A stretch of 64,000 bases of DNA, taken from positions 62,001 through 126,000 of the forward strand of contig NIVC01000850.1 of the NCBI GenBank assembly GCA_002269645.1, given 5' to 3'. The notes under the pieces are model-generated. The model made no database searches and had not been told where the DNA came from. It saw nothing but the letters and a program-made list of their open reading frames with translations. The first letter of the stretch is position 1; every line of letters starts with the position of its first letter. The DNA is from Macrostomum lignano (Eukaryota). Both the position numbers and the translations under genes were made by a program. Positions 11,601 to 34,291 of the stretch are shown here, one piece after another.

Positions 11601-14600
11601 CAGCCAATCCGGCCAACCAAGGAGGTTGCAAAATTGCCCACCCAAAAAATACCAAGTAGTAGTACTAAATAGCTGATGAGGCATTTTGACTCAATAAGAC
11701 AGTCATAGTTACTCCTGCCATTTACCCAAAAATATATGTAAATGATTGCAAACCAAAGCTAGCCATGTATTGAGATAGTGATTTATTTCAGATAGAGCTT
11801 GTAAAACACCAAAACCCTGTTGCACACATATGCTAGCTTTGGTTCACGATTATTTACATGTATCTCTTCTATTTAAATGATCATAAACTGAAGTGGATAT
11901 ATAGGATTGTCTTCTTGGATTCATTTTTGGAAATTGAATTCATGCACTAATGCCTTTACACACAAGCTAGCTTTGGTTCACAATCATTTACATGTATTGA
12001 TTTTGTTCAAATGATCATAAACCAAAGTGGATATATAGGATCATCTTTGGATTCTTGGAACTGTAAAATAGATCACTATAACCCCTTTACCTTTTTTCAT
12101 TTGAACATGCAGCTAGTGTTATCATGGATAAATAAAATGGATTGGAGTGCTTGTCTACTATTTTTTTGCATTTTGATGAAATAAACAACAATTGTGTATC
12201 TTCCTTATCTCTCTAATGGGGATTGTCACTAATTTTAATGATCATAAACTGAAAGAATGCAAGCTTTTGCACCCACCTCATTTTTTGTCTTACGATCCCC
12301 CCTCAATATAAAACATATGTCCATTTCACTAGGGGGATTATGAGACAAAAGTGAGAAAGGCTAGAAGCAATTGCATTAGTTATAGAAAATGTCCACTTTT
12401 TGCTTCTGGAGAATGTCCAAGAGTTAGCCAAGACAAAATAGCAGGATATCCATTAGATAAAAATGTGATCAAATTATTAGTTCAAATGGTGAGCCACTTT
12501 TTATGTGTGCCATAAAGACTTGCCACCCCTATAGGAAAAAGTTGTAAAACCGCGGACGGTGTCCGGTGCACTTTTGAAATTTTTCTAAAGCGCAGCGCGC
12601 ACAGGCGCAGCGCCTGCGCGCGCTGCCCTTTCTTACTGGCTGCTGCTCTAGCAAATACATATACATGGAAATGGGTATAATACCTCTGTTGAAAGGGCTT
12701 ATACACTCGTAATTTATTAAGCTTAGAGATGTTCCGAAAATTCAATTTCAATTTTCCAAAATTTGAAATTTTTTAGAGCGAATTTTGATTTTGAAATAAA
12801 ATTTAGAAGTGAAAATTTTGGTAGTGTCTAAAAAGTCACTAAAAATAAACTACTTTCTACTACATATACATGTATTACTTTTTGCTTAAGCAGTAAATTG
12901 AAAGTAAAAAAGTGAGTGTTGATCATACTAAACTTTGTTTTTCTAAATTATGATTTCCGGAAATTTCAATTTTGATTTTGGAAAGTTAGCGAATTTTGAT
13001 TTCGACGAAACTGCAGATCTTTTGGAACATCTCTAATAATCCTAAAGCGCGGTAAAATAGTTTGACTCTTTTCTAAAGTGCGCGTTTGTGGGTTTTTAAC
13101 ATTATTCCAATAGGGCTTGCCACTATCTTTGTTTTTTTGTTGTTTTAATTGAATCATTGATTATTATACCAATAATTTTCTAAAATTTTGAAATATGATC
13201 TTTCTAATAGGCTACAATTTACTATTGGTATAATCGTAATTTGAAACCAGCAAAGCTCTTTTAGTTTTGTCTTACAATCACCTATACATAATTTTACTAT
13301 TTAAATGATTGTATCACAAAAGTGAATAAGCTAGGCCTACATTCCTTTAAAACATAAAACTTGATACTATAATACTATACTTGGAAGTAGTCTTATTTTG
13401 AAGTTTAATTTTAAGAGTAATTTTAATATAACTTATAATTTTGTTATCTTTAAAGGGGGATTATATATCAAAAGTCCAACTCCTATAGAGATAGTACTAT
13501 GTAATTGTAAAACAAAAGAATGCCAACTTATTAAAATCATTTTAGCTACCTTGTCCTTGGCTTTAGTTTTATAAAAAAACTTATATATTATTTTTTGCTA
13601 TTGAACTAAAAGTAAAAAGCTGATTTACTTAGAATATATATATAAGTAAATCTAAAACTAGCCTAGGCCCTTATCTAGTTATTTTAGTATTTGTGAATTA
13701 AATTTATAAAAATCTATATAACTTTTCAAAATTAGTATCTAATGTTTAAGTTAGGCTTACCATTTACTACTTGGGGCCTTAAACAAATTTGACTTTGAAA
13801 TTTATTTTAATAGGGCCTTATTAGATAAGACTAGGCCTAGCCTTTTGTTTCAGAATTGAATTTGTTTCTAGGGTCTAATTTAGAAAAATTCAAAAGATCA
13901 TTTAGCATTAGTAGATATAGGCCTATATATAGATAGACCTATATGGCTATAAAAAGATTTGTCTATGGTATGACCTAGGCTTATAGGCCTATTATAGGAA
14001 AATTTTGGTTAGGCCTAGGTCTTATACGCTATCCATAGGCCTAGCAAAACTCTAATAAAAATAGATAGGCCTATTATAATTTTTTTTATCCTTATAAAAC
14101 TCTTTGAGATTTAAGTCTTTCCAAAGATTAATCTAATACTAAGCTAGGCCTATTTGAAATTAAAATCAGCAATCAAGAATCTCAAATTCAAAAAGCTTTT
14201 AAAATCCTGCTCTAAAAAAAGCAGGAAATAATATAAAGTCCATGACATGATATTATGAAATTAATTTGGCTTTAGTCTAGGCCTAATTTAAATTAGGCCT
14301 ATAATAATATTAAACTAGGGCCTAGTTTATATTCAGTTCAGACTAGAGAATAGAGATTAAGAGATATAGAGCCCATTATGGCATTAGGCCTATTATTATT
14401 ATATCAATTTCAGGCTTTACTTAATTACTAGGCCTATAGACCTATCTCTATATAGTAGCCTGCTAGCTGCTTGTCCACAATTAGGCCTAGGCCTAGTGCA
14501 CCCAACCCTAGACCTAGTATATAGACTAGGCCCCTACAATTACTAGACCCTAGAGTAGGGACTTCAGCGAGGGTCCCATGACTCACTGACTTGCCAATTT

Positions 14601-15160
14601 AACAAACTTGAAACAAGTAGGTTTTTGCAAATGAATCAATTTCCTTTGCAATGTAGTTAAATAACTAACATAGTCTAGTCAGTAGAAGAAGAAAGTAGAA
14701 TAAGAGTTAAAATAGAAATTACGTAATTTTTGGTCAAATGAAAATTACCTGATTGCAAGCGTGTATAACAAACCCCATTTGTGTCGTGTTTATCAATAGG
14801 TTATTAGAATATTGGCATTCTGCTTAGATAGCCCAATGACTTATTACTGTTTTTTGTATGGAGCAGCGCATTTCTCTCAATTTCCTAATTATTATTGGAG
14901 TACCTTTTCACGCGCCTGCCTCAGGTTTGAATGGTTCCACAGTTATGACAATACTAGCGACTAATGGAGACAAAACAAATAAAGCATACTTAACATTGCC
15001 CTTCGCTCTAGATGTACGCGTACATGCAGAATTAATTACTCATGCATTTAACTGCGGGTAAATTCTACATGTACAAGGGTTGGTTAATAAGTTTTGCCGA
15101 AAAAGACACTTCTAATTGCTGTCACCTCAAAATTTTATTTGCGTGTATCATATATCCCCA

Positions 15161-16000
15161 CCTAATGAAATTTCTCAAAGATGTCAGACCGATTGATGCA
15201 TTTCTCCATCCTATGAAACCATGCTGCAAAGCAGTCCCTCGATCTATTCCACCAGAGTGACACAGTATACAGCAATTCCAGCTTCGCTTTCAACGCCTCT
15301 CCAAGCTCTTTGCAAAAGCTCAAGTGCTTTCCCTTGAGATTCTTCTTAATCTTCGGAAAGAAGTCAGCTGGAGCGAGGTTGGGTGAGTTAGGCTGGATGT
15401 GGCAGCAGAGTCATGCAGCTGAGTCGATGCCAGAAACTCCTGTGTCACCCTGGCTCGGACGTTAGAGCGTTTTCATAGTGCAAGAAAAATGGCACGGTCT
15501 CTGGTCTTTGGCCGCTCCTGATGGAGAAATTCCAGCAACCTGGGGCAAGCAAACACTTGAGTACCAATGGAGTCACTGTGGCACCTTCCTCTAGTAGAAT
15601 ATGCGGCAGGATGCCACACCGGCGGAAGAAGACTGCTGTCATGGCCTTGCCGACACTCCTCTCCCGTCAGGAAGTTGATGGGGCATTTCTCTTCGAAGGC
15701 AATCTGCACTGCCTGCTCTGGGATTTCGTCTGTGGGTCATCCCCTGTCAGGATATTGTCCACCAATTTTGAAGCCCCTGCATTGAACTTTTTGAGCATGA
15801 ATTTCGCAAACTCGCGAAACACGCGAGTGATGGGGCACCCAGCGTGCAGACACAATTTCCTCATGCCCAGATGATCATGCAAGATAGGAATGGCACTTGA
15901 ATCCGAAATTCCGACATGTTTTTCAATTTTGGGAACTGTCGCTCGTCGATCTTCATCAAGCAGTCTTCGAACACTGGCCACTGTTGCGTTCGTAATATAG
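15161..16000 (-). mobile_element. Decayed mariner (DD34D) transposase remnant
   Basis: Fragments in shifting frames: VRRLLDEDRRAT...GISDSSAIPILHDHLGMRKL, ARWVPH (frameshifted), ILTGD...DPQTKSQS, KAMTAVFF...GIL, HYENA, SPNLAPADFF and KCINRSDIFEKFH*. Contains frameshifts and stops; TIRs not found. Confidence 0.88.
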
Positions 16001-16872
16001 CCGTATAGTTGGCGCATGCGTGCTTTTACCAGCTGCATGTGTGCAATAAAATATACAGCATCTGTCACCTCGGGGGGAAAGGGTTGGGAGATTGTTGCAT
16101 GACGATTTGCCTGCAATGATACTTTTTGTGCTAACATGCAGATTTTAGTTTTAAAATTACTTTTTTAATTGCAGGCGAGCAGGACTATATACAGTGTAAA
16201 TAAACAGTGTAAATTAGGCAGTTTCCTGAAGACGTCTACTAAGACAAAATGCATTGGCTAAAAAATAATAAACATCTTGTATCTGATGTTCGTCTTTTTT
16301 GTTAAGGATAATTTCCTCCACCTTACACAGAGCACATGCGGTCATTAAAAACGAGTATAAATTGCCCTGTACATGTGTGAAAGCAGCTGTTCCACGTATG
16401 CAGTAATATTACATTACGTAATACCAATACCGTCAGTCAGCTGACGCGCTGACTCACTTGAGCAGCCATGTACGTGGCACGGCGTTTCAACCCAGTGGTG
16501 GTTTCTACTTAAATATACATATGTAAGCAAATTTACACATCCTAGCTTCCATGAAACCATGTAAACAAAACTGCGCTCTCGTTTACAAGTACGTATACAT
16601 GTGCATACATGTACTGCACATGGGCGGTACCCAAAGAACAAAGAGCGCCTTAGTGCTGGCGCCCCTTATGCCCAAGTATGATAAAATATTTTCATAAGAA
16701 TCTGAAGCCTTCTTACGCATATACGTGGTATTTTTTATATGCTCAGTCGATAGCAATATGGAGTCTGAGCTACGCAGTCTATGGCGTAAGTTATTCTCTT
16801 AATTTAGTTTTAAACGATACAAGAGAAATAATTGTTTCATTATTTTTAAAATCTATCAATAGATTAAAAATC

Positions 16873-23378
<6,506 letters not shown>

Positions 23379-23768
23379 TAACTAGCAGCTAGTGTTTAAC
23401 AGGCGAGGCTAGGCTTGTATAGGTTTTCAATAATGTTACAAAAAAGGTCATAGCATATTTCTTAACTTCCATAGTTCCTTTTGACCTTTTAATAAATAGA
23501 TATTGCGTAAGATTTTCGCGTCAAGACTTGAATTCTGTGCTAGCGTATGCAAGAAAGGTAAACAAATGGTTATTCTGTTTAATTTTATAATATAATAACA
23601 AGTTACAGAGGCGTACGCAATGCTGGCAGATAAAAATCATTTACTCATATTTTCTACTGTTATTAAGTGTCAGGCGAAGTAGTATACTTGGTTATTTCTG
23701 GTGAAATGTGCAGGTAATTGTTTTACTTTTAATTATTTCAACTCCCGAGACAATAAAATATATTTGAA

Positions 23769-23972
23769 TCAGCCGCTCATTGGGTATTTGTCCAGCTCGT
23801 GCGGTTTCGGCTCGTTCCAGTACTCGCCTATTGGCTGGCTGAAGGCGTCGTTTCTGCGAAACGGCGTGTCTCTGGCTTTCACCTGGGTCAGTCCCTGGTG
23901 GGGGTGGATTGTTAGCATTGATGTTGCTTGCAATGTTGACAAAATTGCATATTGCCTATCTAATTAATTAAT

Positions 23973-24036
<64 letters not shown>

Positions 24037-24098
24037 GAACGAACTAATGAAATAATTAACTAACTAGCTAAATAACTAGCTAACTGACTGACTGACTG

Positions 24099-24136
<38 letters not shown>

Positions 24137-24166
24137 AAACTAACTAACTAACTAACTGACTGACTG

Positions 24167-24249
<83 letters not shown>

Positions 24250-24285
24250 GACTGACTGACTAACTAACTAACTAACTAACTAACC

Positions 24286-24337
<52 letters not shown>

Positions 24338-24342
24338 GACTG

Positions 24343-24441
<99 letters not shown>

Positions 24442-24454
24442 GACTGACTGACTG

Positions 24455-24493
<39 letters not shown>

Positions 24494-24494
24494 G

Positions 24495-24540
<46 letters not shown>

Positions 24541-24574
24541 CAACTAACTAACTAACTAACTGACTGACTGACTG

Positions 24575-24613
<39 letters not shown>

Positions 24614-24614
24614 G

Positions 24615-24664
<50 letters not shown>

Positions 24665-26266
24665 CAACTAACTAGCTAACTAAGTTGCAGTTTAGTTGTA
24701 AACTCACTGTTGCCCTGTCTCGGTGCTCTGTCCAAAAAGTTATCGGCTGATCAATCTCGTAATTGTGATTCTGAAAAGAATTGGTTATGTTTATTTAAGA
24801 AAATTCTACATGTACACCCACTACTCAGTGGCTATTTGTCAGTAGTCAAATGCAGATTTACTCACCCTAGTTGGCGCTGGCGGCTTAGACACGAATTCGC
24901 GACTAAAAAAGTCGGTTTTTGTCACGGAGGCGGTCACGGGTTCCACCGCTTCGCCGCTGAATTCCTCTTCCGCCTCGCGTCTGTCGGGAATTTCGGAATC
25001 AAAAGATTTTTATTAATTTGATTTGAAACGTTTTTACTAATTATTAACAAATAATAATTAAGTTAAAAATGAGACTTACTCAAACTGCTTTAGCAGCTCC
25101 TGCTCCTGAAGGCGACTTCGAGCACCTTTAATAAGGGATATTAAACTGGAGTAATTTATTAGTAAAATAAATTTATATCAAGGCTGTTCAGTATTGATTA
25201 GAATTATAAGCTTTACCTTGAGTGCATTGGCTTTTAACTTCATGCCTTTTATAATCCGTGTGAGTGACGGTGTCAGATTCTTGAAATCTGTCCAGTGCCA
25301 AGATGCCCTTGTTTCCATGCTTCAGTATGTCGCGTTTCGCTCGATCGTCCACGCCGCTTGTCAGTCGCTGTGTTATAGTTTTTGTAACAAACTTTATTTA
25401 GAATATTCTAGACTGTTAGTATCTAGCATGTGTAAATTATAGTTATTAACTGTAAATAATTTCGATTTTCACAGCATACTATCCATTTTGAGGTACTTTA
25501 GGAGAAAAATACACGTTTTGATTTAATGATACAAAAAAGTTTTAATATTTGTTTTAACTGCTTCCAATTTAAATTTAAAATGGATCAAATTTTAAGTCAC
25601 TAACAACAAAAATCCACTGATTGTACTAAATTTACATAGATTTCAAAGACTATTCTACTGAAATTAAAACAATCATAAAAATGATATTCTTTTTTTACGA
25701 GAATATCATCGTAAATTGAAGCAAAATTGGATTTTAATTGACTAAATAAAATAAAATAAATTTTAATTTTAAATATTTTTTTAAATTTAGTTCTTAGCTG
25801 AATGTAAGCACTGAACAAGCTATTTAACATTACAATACATCCAGTCATTCACGGCAAAATTCTTCTACTTTCTTCATGGTGTAGTAGACATACAGTAAAA
25901 TAGAATTCGCAGTAATTTTTTTCTACTGTCAGAAAGGAAATATTCTGAAAAACTAAAGCTTTTATTTGAAACTACTCGTAATTGCCGAGATTTGTAACCA
26001 AGTAAACTGCAGCAGGTATTTTCTGTATAAAATGGACCAAGATACCGCTTTTAATAAAAAAGCAAAGGATGATTCACTTGCACTTAAAATTGTTTTATTG
26101 AAACTTTTAAGAGTACCTAAAATTTACGTTAAAGATGAGAAAAATTCACGTTTTTGTCCATCCACCAAAAATCTAAGTTTGTACTCACCTCTTCGACCCA
26201 GTTTTCCATTAGACATTTTGAGTCGGAATTTGGAAGTGTCTGCTTCTGTTTCTGTTCTTGAAACAT
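23769..26266 (-). CDS. SPAG8: Sperm-associated antigen 8 homolog (ciliary microtubule inner protein), 6 exons (26189-26266, 25217-25367, 25080-25125, 24866-24980, 24708-24770, 23769-23894), 192 aa
   Basis: Spliced product has KCLMENWVEER, KHGNKGIL, PAPTRNHNYEIDQPITFW and DTPFRRNDAFSQPI, matching SPAG8 (CLLYNWEEER, RHGHRGLL, PAPTKPHDYRQEQPETFW, DTPFRKNCSFSTP). All junctions are GT-AG and in phase. Absent from the supplied ORF track because the exons are short. Confidence 0.9.
23965..24682. repeat. (AACT)n microsatellite in SPAG8 last intron
   Basis: Direct reading, with GACT variants. Confidence 0.97.
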
Positions 26267-26654
26267 TTCTATTAGAACAAGACACGACAAAAAGATATCG
26301 ATTTATTGACAGGAATCAACTGTTGACTGAGTTTCTGTTGTGATTGATAATTTTAACCGAAATAGTCGTAGAATTTAAAATACGGGGCACAGCTAAGTAC
26401 CATAGTAAACAGTTCTAGGACGCTTAAATTATATTTTATTACTTTTAGTGCCTTAAAAAGGTTTTATTTTAAATATTTTTACATTAAAATGTTTAAAAAC
26501 GAATAACTAACTATATAAGTATAAAACCTTTGTTTGAAATACTAAAGCTTCTCCTAGTAGCGATAAAATTTAACTTGCGTAGGTGACAGTTTTTTAGTTC
26601 TGAAAATACAAACGCCTAAATAAGAAATAGTTTTTAATACAAAGCCCTTCTATC
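26267..26654. promoter_or_regulatory. Putative bidirectional promoter between SPAG8 and CATIP with X-box-like motif GTACCATAGTAAAC (26397-26410)
   Basis: The divergent start codons are 388 nt apart. The motif is a degenerate match to the RFX X-box (GTTNCCATGGNAAC). Confidence 0.5.
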
Positions 26655-30725
<4,071 letters not shown>

Positions 30726-31299
30726 GGCGGAGATTCATTATAGAACATTTAAGGTCATCTGAAATACTGTTTCTAAGAAAACAATGATGATCGCTTAGTA
30801 ATAGTAAACGAAGCGTGAATAAATAAACCTGACTTTTGTTACAATCGACTCAAGCAAAATTCAACGAGCCTTCAAAACTTTTCTAAGAAACAACAATCTT
30901 TTTAGTAAGGTCACGTGAGGTCTTTGAACACGCGTAAAAATTACGGGAAATCATTTTTTGGGTCTATTTCGATCCCAACCAAAGCCAGAATTAACCCTCA
31001 CCCCGAAACAGCGTCTGTTGATGCCCTGTTATTATAGGCTCTGTGCACTGTGAATATGCTCTGGAAAGTTATAATTTCATTCTACTTATTGTTTAAACTG
31101 TTTCTTTATTTACATGTACTTTCTATATATTTTTTCTCCCTGTCGAAATAAAAATAAAAGGCAGACTTTTGATTTTTTCTGCCGCAAAGTGAGGCACAAA
31201 TTAAAGCAAAAACAAATTTTGAACATCGATTTATTTTGATATACTATCAATAATAATGCGGTTCATAATTTTCCCAATTCAGACAATCAAACTGAGAAC

Positions 31300-33003
31300 A
31301 GGTCACAGTGAGAATGGGTCACAGTGAGAATGGGTCACAGTGAGAATGGGTCACAGTGAGAATGGGTCACAGTGAGAATGGGTCACAGTGAGAATGGGTC
31401 ACAGTGAGAATGGGTCACAGTGAGAATGGGTCACAGTGAGAATGGGTCACAGTGAGAATGGGTCACAGTGAGAATGGGTCACAGTGAGAATGGGTCACAG
31501 TGAGAATGGGTCACAGTGAGAATGGGTCACAGTGAGAATGGGTCACAGTGAGAATCGGTCACAGTGAGAATGGGTCACAGTGAGAATGGGTCACAGTGAG
31601 AATGGGTCACAGTGAGAATGGGTCACAGTGAGAATGGGTCACAGTGAGAATGGGTCACAGTGAGAATGGGTCACAGTGAGAATGGGTCACAGTGAGAATG
31701 GGTCACAGTGAGAATGGGTCAAAGTGAGAATGGGTCGCAGTGAGAATGGGTCACAGTGAGAATGGGTCACAGTGAGAATGGGTCACAGTGAGAATGGGTC
31801 ACAGTGAGAATGGGTCACAGTGAGAATGGGTCGCAGTGAGAATGGGTCACAGTGAGAATGGGTCACAGTGAGAATGGGTCACAGTGAGAATCGGTCACGG
31901 TGAGAATGGGTCACAGTGAGAATGGGTCACAGTGAGAATCGGTCACAGTGAGAATCGGTCACAGTGAGAATGGGTCACAGTGAGAATGGGTCACAGTGAG
32001 AATGGGTCACAGTGAGAATGGGTCACAGTGAGAATGGGTCACAGTGAGAATGGGTCACAGTGAGAATGGGTCACAGTGAGAATGGGTCACAGTGAGAATG
32101 GGTCACAGTGAGAATGGGTCACAGTGAGAATGGGTCACAGTGAGAATGGGTCACAGTGAGAATGGGTCACAGTGAGAATGGGTCACAGTGAGAATGGGTC
32201 ACAGTGAGAATGGGTCACAGTGAGAATGGGTCACAGTGAGAATGGGTCACAGTGAGAATGGGTCACAGTGAGAATGGGTCACAGTGAGAATGGGTCACAG
32301 TGAGAATGGGTCACAGTGAGAATGGGTCACAGTGAGAATGGGTCACAGTGAGAATGGGTCACAGTGAGAATGGGTCACAGTGAGAATGGGTCACAGTGAG
32401 AATGGGTCACAGTGAGAATGGGTCACAGTGAGAATGGGTCACTGTGAGAATGGGTCACAGTGAGAATGGGTCACAGTGAGAATGGGTTACAGTGAGAATG
32501 GGTCACAGTGAGAATGGGTCACAGTGAGAATGGGTCACAGTGAGAATGGGTCACAGTGAGAATGGGTCACAGTGAGAATGGGTCACAGTGAGAATGGGTC
32601 ACAGTGAGAATGGGTCACAGTGAGAATGGGTCACAGTGAGAATGGTCACAGTGAGAATGGGTCACAGTGAGAATGGGTCACAGTGAGAATGGGTCACAGT
32701 GAGAATGGGTCACAGTGAGAATGGGTCACAGTGAGAATGGGTCACAGTGAGAATGGGTCACAGTGAGAATGGGTCACAGTGAGAATGGGTCACAGTGAGA
32801 ATGGGTCACAGTGAGAATGGGTCACAGTGAGAATGGGTCACAGTGAGAATGGGTCACAGTGAGAATGGGTCACAGTGAGAATGGGTCACAGTGAGAATGG
32901 GTCACAGTGAGAATGGGTCACAGTGAGAATGGGTCGCAGTGAGAATGGGTCACAGTGAGAATGGGTCACAGTGAGAATGGGTCACAGTGAGAATGGGTCA
33001 CAG
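31300..33003. repeat. Highly homogeneous 16-bp satellite (TGAGAATGGGTCACAG)n, ~105 copies
   Basis: Direct reading. Confidence 0.97.
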
Positions 33004-33377
33004 TCAGAAAAGGTGTATGCATTTACGAGCGTATGCATATATGTATGCAGGAGCGAAAAAAAGATTTAATCTTAGGTGGGATTAGGCGGTTTAGTCAGTT
33101 TGGCTCTCACCCGACCATCTACCTGCATGTGCGCGGCCACTTTGTGTTGCTGGCCAATTATGCCTGCAATTTGCAAAGGTGTCCAGAATCTCAGCCTCTG
33201 TCTGGGCCCGAAATCGCCCATTTCCGATTATTTTAAGGAATTCGAAAATCGCTTCTGACGCAAAGCATTGCAATTTCGAAGAAAATAGGAAAAAATGCAA
33301 AGCGAATCCTCAAAAGAGTCCTGATAATTCGCGGAGGATTTTGGCTTTTTAGGAGAAAAAATGTTAGAGGACGGAAA

Positions 33378-33925
<548 letters not shown>

Positions 33926-34291
33926 GGCAAATGCAGTCCCAGGCTCGCGGACAGACCAGTCCTTCGCCACTGTAACTGTGGCCTGTGAGATGAAGCGCAA
34001 GCAGCCCAGCCGCTCAGAGCAGACCGGAGTCAGCTCTAATCTCCCAGCAAATGGGAAGAGCAGCTGAGCCCGGGGACGTCACTCCGACGGGCCTCGGACA
34101 AAATCGATTCTTTTTAAAGTCTGCTTAGCGATTGGCCGAGTCTGCGGCTCCCTACTCCGGGCCTTCTCCCGCCACAGGCATCTCTCCAATTTTGGGGATA
34201 AATGCAGTCTTGATGCAGTTTTTGGCAAACGCGCTCTTAATTTAGATAAACGCAAATTTCTCCCAGGAAACTCAAGAAATCCCAGTTAGTT

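Noticed and set aside
25080-25125. PRPF4-like LQEQELLKQFE peptide
   Set aside because: Neighbouring exons match SPAG8 motifs in order, not PRPF4.
25966-26343. 125-aa plus-strand ORF
   Set aside because: AT-rich, TTG start, no recognisable motifs; it overlaps SPAG8 exon 1 on the opposite strand.
31300-33003. CRISPR-like regular arrays (here and other minisatellites)
   Set aside because: Units are head-to-tail with no unique spacers, there are no cas genes, and the context is a spliced eukaryotic locus.
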